From: Bacillota bacterium
Lineage (GTDB): Bacteria > Bacillota > Clostridia > Peptostreptococcales > Anaerovoracaceae
Length of the DNA: 64,000 nucleotides
Reading direction: 5' to 3'
NCBI GenBank assembly: GCA_030530285.1
Contig: JAUMVD010000001.1
Span: forward strand, 26,273 to 90,272
The notes under the pieces were generated by a model. The model was not told the origin of the DNA. It worked only from the letters and a program-made list of their open reading frames with translations, and did no database searches. The translations under genes and the position numbers were made by a program. The number at the start of each line of letters is the position of its first letter. Positions within the stretch are counted from its first letter, which is position 1. Positions 16,867 through 24,858 of this stretch are shown here, in pieces.

Positions 16867-17636
16867 TGGCAGAATGCAACACAGCAGTAGCTCAGATCGA
16901 TCTGACGAAAGTAAAGCCATATGGCGACACGCTTAACGATGGTATGACAGAAGTTGCTTTCACGCTTCCTGTACCTTACGGTGATGAAGCGAATGAAGCG
17001 GCAAAGATCCTGGCGAAGAAGATGGGACTCGATGAGCCTAACGTAGTATACGCCAAGGAAATGACAAAGGAATACACATTCTTCGTAGTATACGGCAAAT
17101 GCCAGCATACGGTTGACTACACTACCATTAAGGTAGCAAAGGTTGACGTAGATGTGATGGATAGGTTAGAATGTGCTGAGTACATTAAAGAAAATATCAA
17201 GAGACCTGTAGTGATCGTCGGCGCATCCACCGGTACAGACGCGCACACGGTAGGTATCGACGCGATCATGAACATGAAGGGCTTCCACGGCCACTTCGGT
17301 CTCGAAAGATATGAAGGCATCGAAGCATACAATCTGGGTTCACAGGTTCCAAACGAAGATCTTATCGCAAAGGCCAAGGAAGTACATGCGGACGCGATTC
17401 TGGTTTCACAGACGGTTACACAAAAGGATATCCACATCGAAAACCTGACCAACATGGTTGAACTCCTCGAAGCGGAAGGCATGAGAGATAAGGTCATTCT
17501 GGTTTGCGGCGGTCCTAGAATATCGCATGAACTGGCTCAGGAACTGGGTTATGATGCGGGTTTTGGTCAGCATAAGTACGCAGAAGACGTAGCGTCATTT
17601 GTTCTGACTGAAATCGTGAACAGGAATATGATTTAA
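16866..17636 (+). CDS. kamE: lysine 5,6-aminomutase beta subunit (B12- and PLP-binding)
   Basis: Cobalamin DxHxxG motif GTDAHTVGID. ATGA overlap with kamD. Confidence 0.8.
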   Translation: MAECNTAVAQIDLTKVKPYGDTLNDGMTEVAFTLPVPYGDEANEAAKILAKKMGLDEPNVVYAKEMTKEYTFFVVYGKCQHTVDYTTIKVAKVDVDVMDRLECAEYIKENIKRPVVIVGASTGTDAHTVGIDAIMNMKGFHGHFGLERYEGIEAYNLGSQVPNEDLIAKAKEVHADAILVSQTVTQKDIHIENLTNMVELLEAEGMRDKVILVCGGPRISHELAQELGYDAGFGQHKYAEDVASFVLTEIVNRNMI

Positions 17637-17665
17637 GCTATTCTAAAGAAGAAAGGTAAAGTAAT

Positions 17666-18391
17666 ATGTTCAACAAGATTTTAACAGCTGATGAAGCGGT
17701 AGCTGGCGTAGAAGACGGCATGACCATAATGGTCGGTGGATTCCTCGGCACAGGCTCACCTGAGGTTCTCATGGACGCGCTGGTAAGAAAGGGCGTCAAG
17801 CACCTGACTGTCATTGGTAATGACGGCGGACTGGCTGAGGGTCAGCCTGCAGGAGAATTTGCAGGCAAAACTCCGAGAGGCATCGGTAAGCTTTTGGAAA
17901 ACCATATGGTAGATCACGTCATCATGTCACATGTAGGTGTAAACCCGAGACTGAATGAACAGTTTGCAGACGGCAGCCTGAAGTACACACTGGTTCCACA
18001 GGGCACTCTGGCAGAAAAGATCAGAGCCGCGGCATACGGCCTGGGCGGAGTCCTCACTCCGGTAGGTCTGGGAACGCCGATGGAAACGGAACTGGATGAG
18101 CTGGGCAGAAAGAAAGAAGTCATGGTTATCGATGGTAAGAAGTACCTCTTCGAAAGACCTCTTCACGCGGATTATTCGTTCATCAGAGCAACTATGGCTG
18201 ACAAATTCGGCAACTATATGTGTTCCAAGGCAACGAGAAACTTTAACCTCGTCATGGCCGGAGCAGCAGACCACACCGTTATCGCAGCAGAGAAACTGGT
18301 CGAAGTCGGATCCGTTGATCCTGACATCTGGCAGGTAGCCGGAGTACTGGTTGAGTCTATCGTGGAAGGAGAACCAAAATGGCAGATTTAA
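17666..18391 (+). CDS. atoD: acetoacetate/butyrate CoA-transferase subunit A
   Basis: MTIMVGGFLGTGSPE N-terminus typical of 3-oxoacid CoA-transferase A subunits. Confidence 0.75.
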   Translation: MFNKILTADEAVAGVEDGMTIMVGGFLGTGSPEVLMDALVRKGVKHLTVIGNDGGLAEGQPAGEFAGKTPRGIGKLLENHMVDHVIMSHVGVNPRLNEQFADGSLKYTLVPQGTLAEKIRAAAYGLGGVLTPVGLGTPMETELDELGRKKEVMVIDGKKYLFERPLHADYSFIRATMADKFGNYMCSKATRNFNLVMAGAADHTVIAAEKLVEVGSVDPDIWQVAGVLVESIVEGEPKWQI

Positions 18392-19035
18392 AAGCAAGAA
18401 TCGCAAAGAGATGCGCGAAGCACTTCAAAGATGGTGACTTCATCAATCTGGGAATCGGCCTTCCGACTATGGTAGCGGATTATCTTCCTGAAGACGTTAT
18501 CATCACCTGCCATTCCGAGAACGGATTTGCAGGCATCGATATCCTGGCTGACCAGGAAACACTGGATGTTAATATCATCAATTCAGGCGGACAGTACGTA
18601 ACAGCGCTGCCAAGAGCCAAGTTCTTTGACACAGCAGAGAGTTTCGGCCTGGTTAGAGGCGGACACGTAAAGGCTACCGTTCTGGGCGCTATGGAAGTTG
18701 CCGAAAACGGAGACCTGGCAAACTGGATCGTTCCTGGCAAGAAAGTTGCCGGAATGGGCGGAGCCATGGACCTTTGCGTAGGATGTCCTGAAGTAATCAT
18801 CACCATGCTTCACACACAGAAGGGCAACCACAAGATCAAGAAGGAATGCACACTGCCGCTGACTGCAGAAAAGTGCGTAACAAACATCATCACAGAGATG
18901 GCAGTGATGAAAGTTACCGACGAAGGAATCGTAGTAACGGAACTGCACCCTGACTACACTAAGGAAGAAGTTCAGGAAGCAACCGGCGTTGAACTGATCT
19001 GGTCACCTGATCTGAAGCCTTACGATGAGACCTGA
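18379..19035 (+). CDS. atoA: acetoacetate/butyrate CoA-transferase subunit B
   Basis: Catalytic-Glu motif CHSENG. Overlaps the subunit A gene. Confidence 0.75.
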   Translation: MADLKARIAKRCAKHFKDGDFINLGIGLPTMVADYLPEDVIITCHSENGFAGIDILADQETLDVNIINSGGQYVTALPRAKFFDTAESFGLVRGGHVKATVLGAMEVAENGDLANWIVPGKKVAGMGGAMDLCVGCPEVIITMLHTQKGNHKIKKECTLPLTAEKCVTNIITEMAVMKVTDEGIVVTELHPDYTKEEVQEATGVELIWSPDLKPYDET

Positions 19036-19095
19036 TTGGGAGCATCAATCTGATTTGAATCAGTCTGATTCGAATCATCAATAAGACAACGTGAA

Positions 19096-19128
19096 AGAGA
19101 CTGCTGCGGCTCGCGGCAGTCTCTTTTG
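19096..19128 (+). terminator. rho-independent terminator of the lysine operon
   Basis: AGAGACTGC ... GCAGTCTCT followed by TTTT. Confidence 0.7.
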
Positions 19129-19185
19129 GTGTTCCGCGAGAGGCGCTTGCTAGTCGATTTGCTCGCCACGCTCGATACAATCGAG

Positions 19186-19240
19186 ACGCTCGTCGCGCTC
19201 GCCACGCTCACCACGCTCGCCGCGCTCGTCGCGCTCGCGG
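19186..19240. repeat. GC-rich 9-nt tandem repeat, about 6 units of C(A/G)CGCTC(G/A)(C/T)
   Basis: ACGCTCGTC GCGCTCGCC ACGCTCACC ACGCTCGCC GCGCTCGTC GCGCTCGCGG, read directly. Confidence 0.75.
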
Positions 19241-19255
19241 TTAAAACGGCAAAAA

Positions 19256-19440
19256 CCCCACCAACTCATTTATTTGCAACGGCTCCAGCCATCGTGGTGG
19301 GGACAGAAATGTAATATCTTGCGAGAATACCCCACTAAACAGCTTTGACAGACATCGCTGGTGGGGAATTTTTCGGCAATATTCAATTTTAAACCCCACC
19401 GCGAACCCGCAAACGTTGATAATAAAGGGCGTTGGTGGGG
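19256..19440. repeat. three tandem hairpin units with conserved CCCCAC(C)/(G)GTGGGG stems and variable loops
   Basis: Arms pair as 19256-63 with 19295-302, 19330-35 with 19361-66, and 19394-400 with 19434-40. Units 2 and 3 share the tail TGGTGGGGAA..TCGGC. Confidence 0.7.
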
Positions 19441-19520
19441 AAAATCGGCGAGCTAAGCTTGAGTGATATGGGCTTGAGTGCCTGAGCATGAGTGACATGA
19501 GCTTGATTGTCAACGCTCCG

Positions 19521-19694
19521 TTTCATGAAATGGAAATTGCTTTTGCCCGATCCGAATGAAAATGTTGCCATAAATTACCAATTGCGCGGGATTTCATGAA
19601 ATGCATTTTGCCATAAGAAAATCCGAATGAAATTCCGCCAACTCTGCCGGTTTTTCATTCGGATTAGGTATGTACTATCTGTATTTCATGAAAC
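19521..19694. repeat. ~50-nt direct repeat (2 copies), with three copies of the palindrome TTTCATGAAA
   Basis: 19521-19570 and 19592-19640 both read TTTCATGAAATG..TTTTGCC..ATCCGAATGAAA..GCCA. A third TTTCATGAAA starts at 19684. Confidence 0.75.
19614..19665 (-). terminator. probable cysK terminator (12-13 bp stem built from the ATCCGAATGAAA repeat)
   Basis: ATCCGAATGAAA (19621-32) pairs with TTTCATTCGGAT (19653-64). On the reverse strand the stem is followed by TTTTCTTAT. Confidence 0.5.
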
Positions 19695-19745
19695 GGTTGC
19701 TACACATCCTAAAATGTGCTAGACAGGACCGCCCACTTTGACACA

Positions 19746-20654
19746 TTACAGAAGGCCGGTGCTGAAGTAACGCTCCATTCTGTCAGGAAGAACGGTTGCG
19801 ATGACTTTGTCTTCACCGAATTTTCGAGCAGCCTTCATGGCAGCCCAGATGTTGGCGCCTGAAGAGGTGCCGCACATGAGTCCCTGTTCTTTGGCCAGTT
19901 TTCTCGTGGTTCTCATGGCGTCATCGTCAGTTACCGTGATGACTTTATCCACGATATCAACATCCAGCACTGACGGGATGAAACCATCGCCGATGCCCTG
20001 GATCTGGTGCAGTCCCGGCTCATCACCCAAAAGGGCGGATACATTTCTCGGCTCTACTGCTACGCAAATCAAATCGGGGTTCTTTTCCTTCAGGAATTCC
20101 GTCGTGCCCTGGAGCGTGCCGCCGCTTCCAAGTCCCGAAACAAAAATGTCCACTTTACCATTGAGCTGTTCCCAGATTTCAGGCCCCGTAGTCAAATAGT
20201 GAATTTCAGGATTGTGCGGGTTCTCGAACTGCTGCGGTATGAAATAATCGTCAGATTTAGACGCGATTCTGTAGGCTTCTTCAACGGCTCCTTCCAGACT
20301 GTGCCGCGCTGAGGTGAGAACCAGCTTAGCGCCGAGCGCTTTGATGACGGCTCTTCTTTCGGAGCTCATGTTTTCCGGCATGACTATGGTGACATCATAT
20401 CCCATCTGCACACCGCAAAGGGCCAGGCCGATGCCGGTGTTGCCGGATGTCGGTTCCACGATATGCATACCTTTTTTTAATTTTCCTTCCTTCTCGGCAG
20501 CTTCGATCATGTTTTTAGCCACGCGGTCTTTGATGCTTCCGCCCGGATTGAGAAATTCAGCCTTTGCGAAAATCTTAAGCCCGGTAGACGGCTCCATATC
20601 GATCATCGGGGTGTTGCCGATCAGGTCCAGTACATTATGTGTGATCATTGCCAT
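19746..20654 (-). CDS. cysK: cysteine synthase A (O-acetylserine sulfhydrylase)
   Basis: PLP lysine motif NPGGSIKDRVA, PTSGNTGIGLA, GSGGT. Confidence 0.9.
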   Translation of the reverse strand: MAMITHNVLDLIGNTPMIDMEPSTGLKIFAKAEFLNPGGSIKDRVAKNMIEAAEKEGKLKKGMHIVEPTSGNTGIGLALCGVQMGYDVTIVMPENMSSERRAVIKALGAKLVLTSARHSLEGAVEEAYRIASKSDDYFIPQQFENPHNPEIHYLTTGPEIWEQLNGKVDIFVSGLGSGGTLQGTTEFLKEKNPDLICVAVEPRNVSALLGDEPGLHQIQGIGDGFIPSVLDVDIVDKVITVTDDDAMRTTRKLAKEQGLMCGTSSGANIWAAMKAARKFGEDKVIATVLPDRMERYFSTGLL

Positions 20655-20711
20655 ATTGCTACTCCTTGTTTATGTTAGTGCGCTGTGACGCTCTTGTCGT
20701 GACGCTCTTAT

Positions 20712-20740
20712 ACTTTACGCTTTTGGTCAACTTATGTCAA
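20712..20740 (-). promoter_or_regulatory. candidate sigma-70 promoter of cysK (TTGACA-17-TAAAGT)
   Basis: Reverse strand has TTGACA at 20740-20735 and TAAAGT at 20717-20712. Confidence 0.35.
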
Positions 20741-20766
20741 GCAGTGTGGCAGTTTGGCAGCATGCT

Positions 20767-20851
20767 TTATGAAATGGAATCCAAAAGGCCAAACGGCCAA
20801 TTTCAGAGGGCTAAACTATGCGTTTTCGGACTTTTGGATTCTATTTCATAA
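20767..20851. repeat. large inverted repeat (21-nt arms, 1 mismatch, 43-nt spacer) upstream of the cysK promoter
   Basis: TTATGAAATGGAATCCAAAAG (20767-87) against CTTTTGGATTCTATTTCATAA (20831-51). Confidence 0.75.
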
Positions 20852-20912
20852 ACCTGAGACTGTCACCAGGAAGTTTTCTCGGGAGGGAATGAAAGAATAG
20901 GCGAAATTCGTG

Positions 20913-20941
20913 TTGACTATTCTTGACTAAAATAGTATAAT
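20913..20941 (+). promoter_or_regulatory. sigma-70 promoter of the rubrerythrin gene (TTGACT-17-TATAAT)
   Basis: TTGACT at 20913-18, a 17-nt spacer, and TATAAT at 20936-41. Confidence 0.65.
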
Positions 20942-21002
20942 ATAACCAAATCAAGTAAACAAAGCGTTAGATCATAAAGATTAATCAAGGAGGACAATAA
21001 TT

Positions 21003-21545
21003 ATGAAATGGACATGTTCAGTATGCGGATACACTCATGAAGGCGATACACCACCGGAAAAGTGCCCACAGTGCGGAGTTCCTGCTGAGAAGTTCCTCAA
21101 GGTCGAAGAAGGCGAGAGAGAATGGGCAGCAGAGCACGTTGTAGGCGTTGCAAAGGGCGTTGATGAAGAGATCCTTCAGGGTCTGAGAGACAACTTCAAC
21201 GGCGAATGTTCAGAAGTTGGTATGTATCTGGCTATGTCAAGAGTTGCACATAGAGAAGGATATCCGGAGATCGGTCTGTATTGGGAAAAGGCTGCTTTCG
21301 AAGAAGCAGAACACGCAGCTAAGTTTGCAGAACTGCTCGGCGAAGTAGTAACAGATTCAACGAAGAAGAATCTCGAGATGAGAGTTGACGCTGAAAACGG
21401 TGCAACTGCCGGCAAGACAGCTCTGGCTAAGAAAGCGAAGGAACTGGGTCTGGATGCAATTCACGATACAGTTCACGAAATGGCAAGAGACGAAGCCAGA
21501 CACGGCAAGGCATTCGAAGGCCTGCTGAAGAGATACTTCGGCTAA
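21003..21545 (+). CDS. rbr: reverse rubrerythrin (N-terminal rubredoxin domain + ferritin-like diiron domain)
   Basis: [10 protein letters not shown]...CPQCG at the N-terminus. EExxH diiron motifs EEAEHAAKF and DEARHGKAF. Confidence 0.85.
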   Translation: MKWTCSVCGYTHEGDTPPEKCPQCGVPAEKFLKVEEGEREWAAEHVVGVAKGVDEEILQGLRDNFNGECSEVGMYLAMSRVAHREGYPEIGLYWEKAAFEEAEHAAKFAELLGEVVTDSTKKNLEMRVDAENGATAGKTALAKKAKELGLDAIHDTVHEMARDEARHGKAFEGLLKRYFG

Positions 21546-21592
21546 ATCGAACACAGCTTAGCGGCTAAAACCAACAGCTGAAATAGAATGAG

Positions 21593-21620
21593 AAAGGGCT
21601 GCCACATGGCAGCCCTTTTA
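21593..21620 (+). terminator. rho-independent terminator after rbr
   Basis: AAAGGGCTGCC-ACAT-GGCAGCCCTTT followed by TA. Confidence 0.65.
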
Positions 21621-21715
21621 TACTCTCAACAAAGCTACGCGACTTCATCTTATAACAATCAAAAGCAGTATGCAATAAATAAGACATACCAATTTGATAG
21701 GCGTAATGTTGAGCG

Positions 21716-21744
21716 TAAAAAGCCCCGCGTCACAAACGCGGGGC
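21716..21744 (-). terminator. rho-independent terminator after the surface-protein gene
   Basis: Reverse strand reads GCCCCGCG-TTTGTGA-CGCGGGGC followed by TTTTT. Confidence 0.7.
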
Positions 21745-21786
21745 CAGCTTTTATTCAGCGTCTCTGTCTCTATTTCACCGCAATGA

Positions 21787-23433
21787 TTATTTCACCGTAA
21801 TTGTTATCGTTTTGCTTACACCATTCTGGGCATAGACGGTAATAGCGCATTTTCCGGGAGCCATGGCGGTGATGAGGCCATTCGGCGATACAGCCGCCAC
21901 ATTTATGTCTGATGATTCATAGCGAAGCCCCACATGCTTATAGACTTTGACTTTCTTTGCTTTTGTTGCCTTGCACTTGAGTTTCAGTGTCTTGCCAGTT
22001 GCGACAGAAGCTGTTTTTGCGGCTTTCCACTTCTTGCCTTTCTTGATCTTGATGGTGACGGCTTTGTTGTTGCCAGGCTTGCCGCCCTTTGTCGCGACGT
22101 GGATCATCATGGAAGCGGTCAGAACTTCGTTGCTGCCATCAAGAGCGACCAGCATGTATTTGTGGTATGTTTTCGCCTGCAGACCGGTGACATTGTACGA
22201 AGGTGAATTCGTTTCATCGATCAGTTCCATTTTATGTTCAGCGCCGCACTTATTGCCGTAGATAAGGTAGGTCACGGCACTGGCCTGAGCGTTCCATGTT
22301 AGGGTAACGTCTGTCTTTGTCTGCTTTACGGACTTGAGTCTGAGCGGATCAAGCACGGTGCCCGCTGGATCATCATCTGAACTCATTTGCCTGATCGCTT
22401 CATCTGCCGCCAGAAATGACGCGCCCTTGCCGAGAGCAGTACCATCAGCTCCGGCTGCCGGCTGAGCTTCAACCTTTGTTTCCCCACAGCTTGTGCAGGT
22501 ATACAATATGCTTCCATCACCCTGGACCTCTCCTCTATCCCACGCGTGCTTGGCCGTGACCGCGGCATTGCATACGATCGGCCCTCTCATATAGTTAGCC
22601 ATATCCTGCGGCTGCTGCCCGTTGACCGTGATGACCGAATCCTCGGAGAAGCAATATCCATATGCCAAAGACGGGCAGACCATCGCGTTATACGTCTCGC
22701 CGCCTTCAATGGTGCCGCTGATATAAGATGAGTTTACTCGCGGGGTTCCTGCCCAATAGGCGTTAGTTGTTTCGACGATTCCCTTACCGTCCGGGAATGA
22801 GACTGCCGGAACGTTTGTCTGAGAGCGCCCACGGAAAGTTTCTGTGGTCACTACTTCAGTTCCGCAAACAGGGGCGTCTACTGTTATATCCGCAACGACT
22901 TTTACAGGCTTGTACCATTGTATGTAGTATGTTGAACCCGGTCCCATCGGTTCCATGATAAAGGTGTTCATATCTGCCTGATACTGGGATACGGTTTTGT
23001 AGCTGCTTGCCGGTTTAGGACCCACATCTCCTGTGTATAAACTTCCGTTGTATCTGAATATACCTCTATCGAGCTCCTCGACTCCCACATTTCTCATGTA
23101 GCTCTGCGGAAGTTGTCCCGCGGCATAACCCGGAAGCTGTCCGCTGATCAGAAACGAAAGCTTCTCACCGGAGAGTTTAGGGGACAGATCGGGATTGTTC
23201 GCCTTCATCCAGTTGTAGATTTTTTTCGCCAGCGCTTTCTTATCATTTCCGAAATGGTAGGTGACACGCAAACCGGAATTCAGCATCGCGCCGTCATCCG
23301 CGGATTCTTCGGCGACCGATTCGTTATCTATTGCCTCCTGATCTGCAAAGGCCATGGCCGGCGTTACGGTAAAGACCATCATGACAGACATCAGTATGGC
23401 GATAAGTTTTGCTTTTGTATTTACTTTCATCAT
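21787..23433 (-). CDS. secreted/cell-surface protein with an FN3-like and a C-terminal Big_2 (bacterial Ig-like) domain
   Basis: Signal peptide MMKVNTKAKLIAILMSVMMVFTVTPAMAFA follows GGGAGGAGG. C-terminal ESSDINVAAVSPNGLITAMAPGKCAITVYAQNG is Big_2-like. The start may be 23430 or 23433. Confidence 0.65.
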   Translation of the reverse strand: MMKVNTKAKLIAILMSVMMVFTVTPAMAFADQEAIDNESVAEESADDGAMLNSGLRVTYHFGNDKKALAKKIYNWMKANNPDLSPKLSGEKLSFLISGQLPGYAAGQLPQSYMRNVGVEELDRGIFRYNGSLYTGDVGPKPASSYKTVSQYQADMNTFIMEPMGPGSTYYIQWYKPVKVVADITVDAPVCGTEVVTTETFRGRSQTNVPAVSFPDGKGIVETTNAYWAGTPRVNSSYISGTIEGGETYNAMVCPSLAYGYCFSEDSVITVNGQQPQDMANYMRGPIVCNAAVTAKHAWDRGEVQGDGSILYTCTSCGETKVEAQPAAGADGTALGKGASFLAADEAIRQMSSDDDPAGTVLDPLRLKSVKQTKTDVTLTWNAQASAVTYLIYGNKCGAEHKMELIDETNSPSYNVTGLQAKTYHKYMLVALDGSNEVLTASMMIHVATKGGKPGNNKAVTIKIKKGKKWKAAKTASVATGKTLKLKCKATKAKKVKVYKHVGLRYESSDINVAAVSPNGLITAMAPGKCAITVYAQNGVSKTITITVK

Positions 23434-23516
23434 TCCTCCTCCCATCTTATGGGACAATTATATCATGTTTTCACGAAAAGTATTTTTTAACTGCCAGGGG
23501 TAATAAAAAAAAGTGC

Positions 23517-23545
23517 TTGACGTGTACTATCTGTAATAGTACACT
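23517..23545 (+). promoter_or_regulatory. promoter (TTGACG-17-TACACT) overlapped by a perfect 9-bp inverted repeat operator
   Basis: GTGTACTAT-CTGTA-ATAGTACAC at 23522-23544, directly upstream of the GntR/YtrA gene. Confidence 0.55.
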
Positions 23546-23566
23546 TATGGCGAAAGGAGGGGCGCT

Positions 23567-23950
23567 ATGTTTGAACTTGATATGAAAAGCCGCAAGGCCA
23601 TCAGCGATCAGATCATCGAAAACATGAAAGAACTTATTGTCTCCGGCGTGATCAAGGCAGATGATAAGATTCCATCAGTAAGAGAGATGGCGGGTCAGCT
23701 GCTCGTGAATCCGAATACGGTGCAGAAGGCCTACCGGACACTGGAAGCGCAGGGATATATCTTCACCGTGAAGGGCAGGGGGACATTTGTTGCCGATACC
23801 AGCTGCCTGCCGGTGGACAGCAGAGAACTGCAGGAAGCGAAAACGCAGATCAGAGACAGCATCAGCAAGCTGTACTATCTGGGCATAAAGAAAACAGAAG
23901 CGAAAGACATCGTAGAACAAATTATCGACGAGAGGGGTGACTGGAAATGA
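23567..23950 (+). CDS. GntR-family (YtrA-subfamily) transcriptional regulator
   Basis: 127 aa; wHTH PSVREMAGQLLVNPNTVQKAYRTLEAQGYI. Confidence 0.85.
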   Translation: MFELDMKSRKAISDQIIENMKELIVSGVIKADDKIPSVREMAGQLLVNPNTVQKAYRTLEAQGYIFTVKGRGTFVADTSCLPVDSRELQEAKTQIRDSISKLYYLGIKKTEAKDIVEQIIDERGDWK

Positions 23951-24858
23951 TTCGAGTCATAGACGCAGTAAAGAGTTTTGAAAAAGGCAAAAAGGCTTTG
24001 GATGGCCTTTGCATAAATGTGAAAAGGGGTTCTATATATGGACTGGTCGGAACCAATGGGGCGGGGAAGACCACAGTCATCAAAAGCATCCTGGGGATCC
24101 TTCACCTCGATGCCGGGGAGATCTTAGTATCGGAGCGGTTGGTGAGTGACGATCCGCAGGTGAAACAGTTGATCGGATATGTTTCCGACGATCCGTTTGC
24201 CTTTAGAGGGTACTCTTTGAAGGAAATGGGCGCGTATACGGCAGGTCTTTATGAGAGCTGGAACGAAGAGCGATTCAGGCAGCTGATCGGTGAATTCGAA
24301 CTGGATGACAAAGCGAAGCTCTCGTCGTTTTCCAAGGGCATGCGAAAGCAGGCGGCTTTCATACTGGCGTTGTCCGTGATGCCGGAATATCTGATCCTGG
24401 ATGAGCCTATCGACGGACTGGATCCGCTAGTCAGGCGAAAGACCTGGAAGTACATTATCGATGATGTGGCAGAACGGGAAATGACGGTTCTCGTGTCATC
24501 GCATAACCTGAGAGAAATGGAAGGCTACTGCGATCATATCGGGATCATCGCAGACGGGCGCATGGTCATTGAGCGAGATCTGGAGGATCTGAAATCCGAC
24601 ATTCATAAAATACAGGTGGCCTTCAAGGATGAGGATGAGGATACATTCGCAAAGGCCACAGAATCCATGGCGGTCATGCACCACGAAACGCGGGGCTCCG
24701 TGCATATCGCCATCATCCGTGAGCCGGCGGACAAAATACAGGAAGCATTCAGCGCATTCGATACTCCGGTATTCGACATGCTGCCGCTTACACTCGAAGA
24801 AATTTTTGTTTATGAGCTTGGAGGTGAGACCAATGAGATCCATGACATCATCCAGTGA
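23947..24858 (+). CDS. ABC transporter ATP-binding protein
   Basis: GTNGAGKTT Walker A, FSKGMRKQ signature-like motif, LILDEP Walker B. Confidence 0.85.
   Translation: MIRVIDAVKSFEKGKKALDGLCINVKRGSIYGLVGTNGAGKTTVIKSILGILHLDAGEILVSERLVSDDPQVKQLIGYVSDDPFAFRGYSLKEMGAYTAGLYESWNEERFRQLIGEFELDDKAKLSSFSKGMRKQAAFILALSVMPEYLILDEPIDGLDPLVRRKTWKYIIDDVAEREMTVLVSSHNLREMEGYCDHIGIIADGRMVIERDLEDLKSDIHKIQVAFKDEDEDTFAKATESMAVMHHETRGSVHIAIIREPADKIQEAFSAFDTPVFDMLPLTLEEIFVYELGGETNEIHDIIQ

Noticed and set aside
19126-19314. 62-aa ORF (…LATLDTIETLVALATLTTLAALVALAV…) and the overlapping reverse ORFs 19241..19513 and 19389..19571.
   Set aside because: The periodic L/A/T/V peptide is just the translation of the 9-nt GC-rich tandem repeat. 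There is no SD, and the ORFs run through the hairpin repeats, so I treat the region as non-coding.
19256-19440. Possible CRISPR array.
   Set aside because: The conserved segments are inverted (stem-forming), not direct. There are only three units with irregular spacing. No cas genes are in the window.
20919-20945. PerR-type box in the rubrerythrin promoter (CTATT…AATAG / TATAATATAA).
   Set aside because: It is a short AT-rich pseudo-palindrome overlapping the -10. I cannot match it convincingly to the PerR consensus from memory.
24629-24832. N-terminal 68-aa extension of the ABC-2-like membrane protein, as listed in the ORF track.
   Set aside because: It overlaps the 3' end of the ATPase gene in another frame and has an R/S/C-rich, non-membrane composition. 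A strong SD precedes the internal ATG at 24833.
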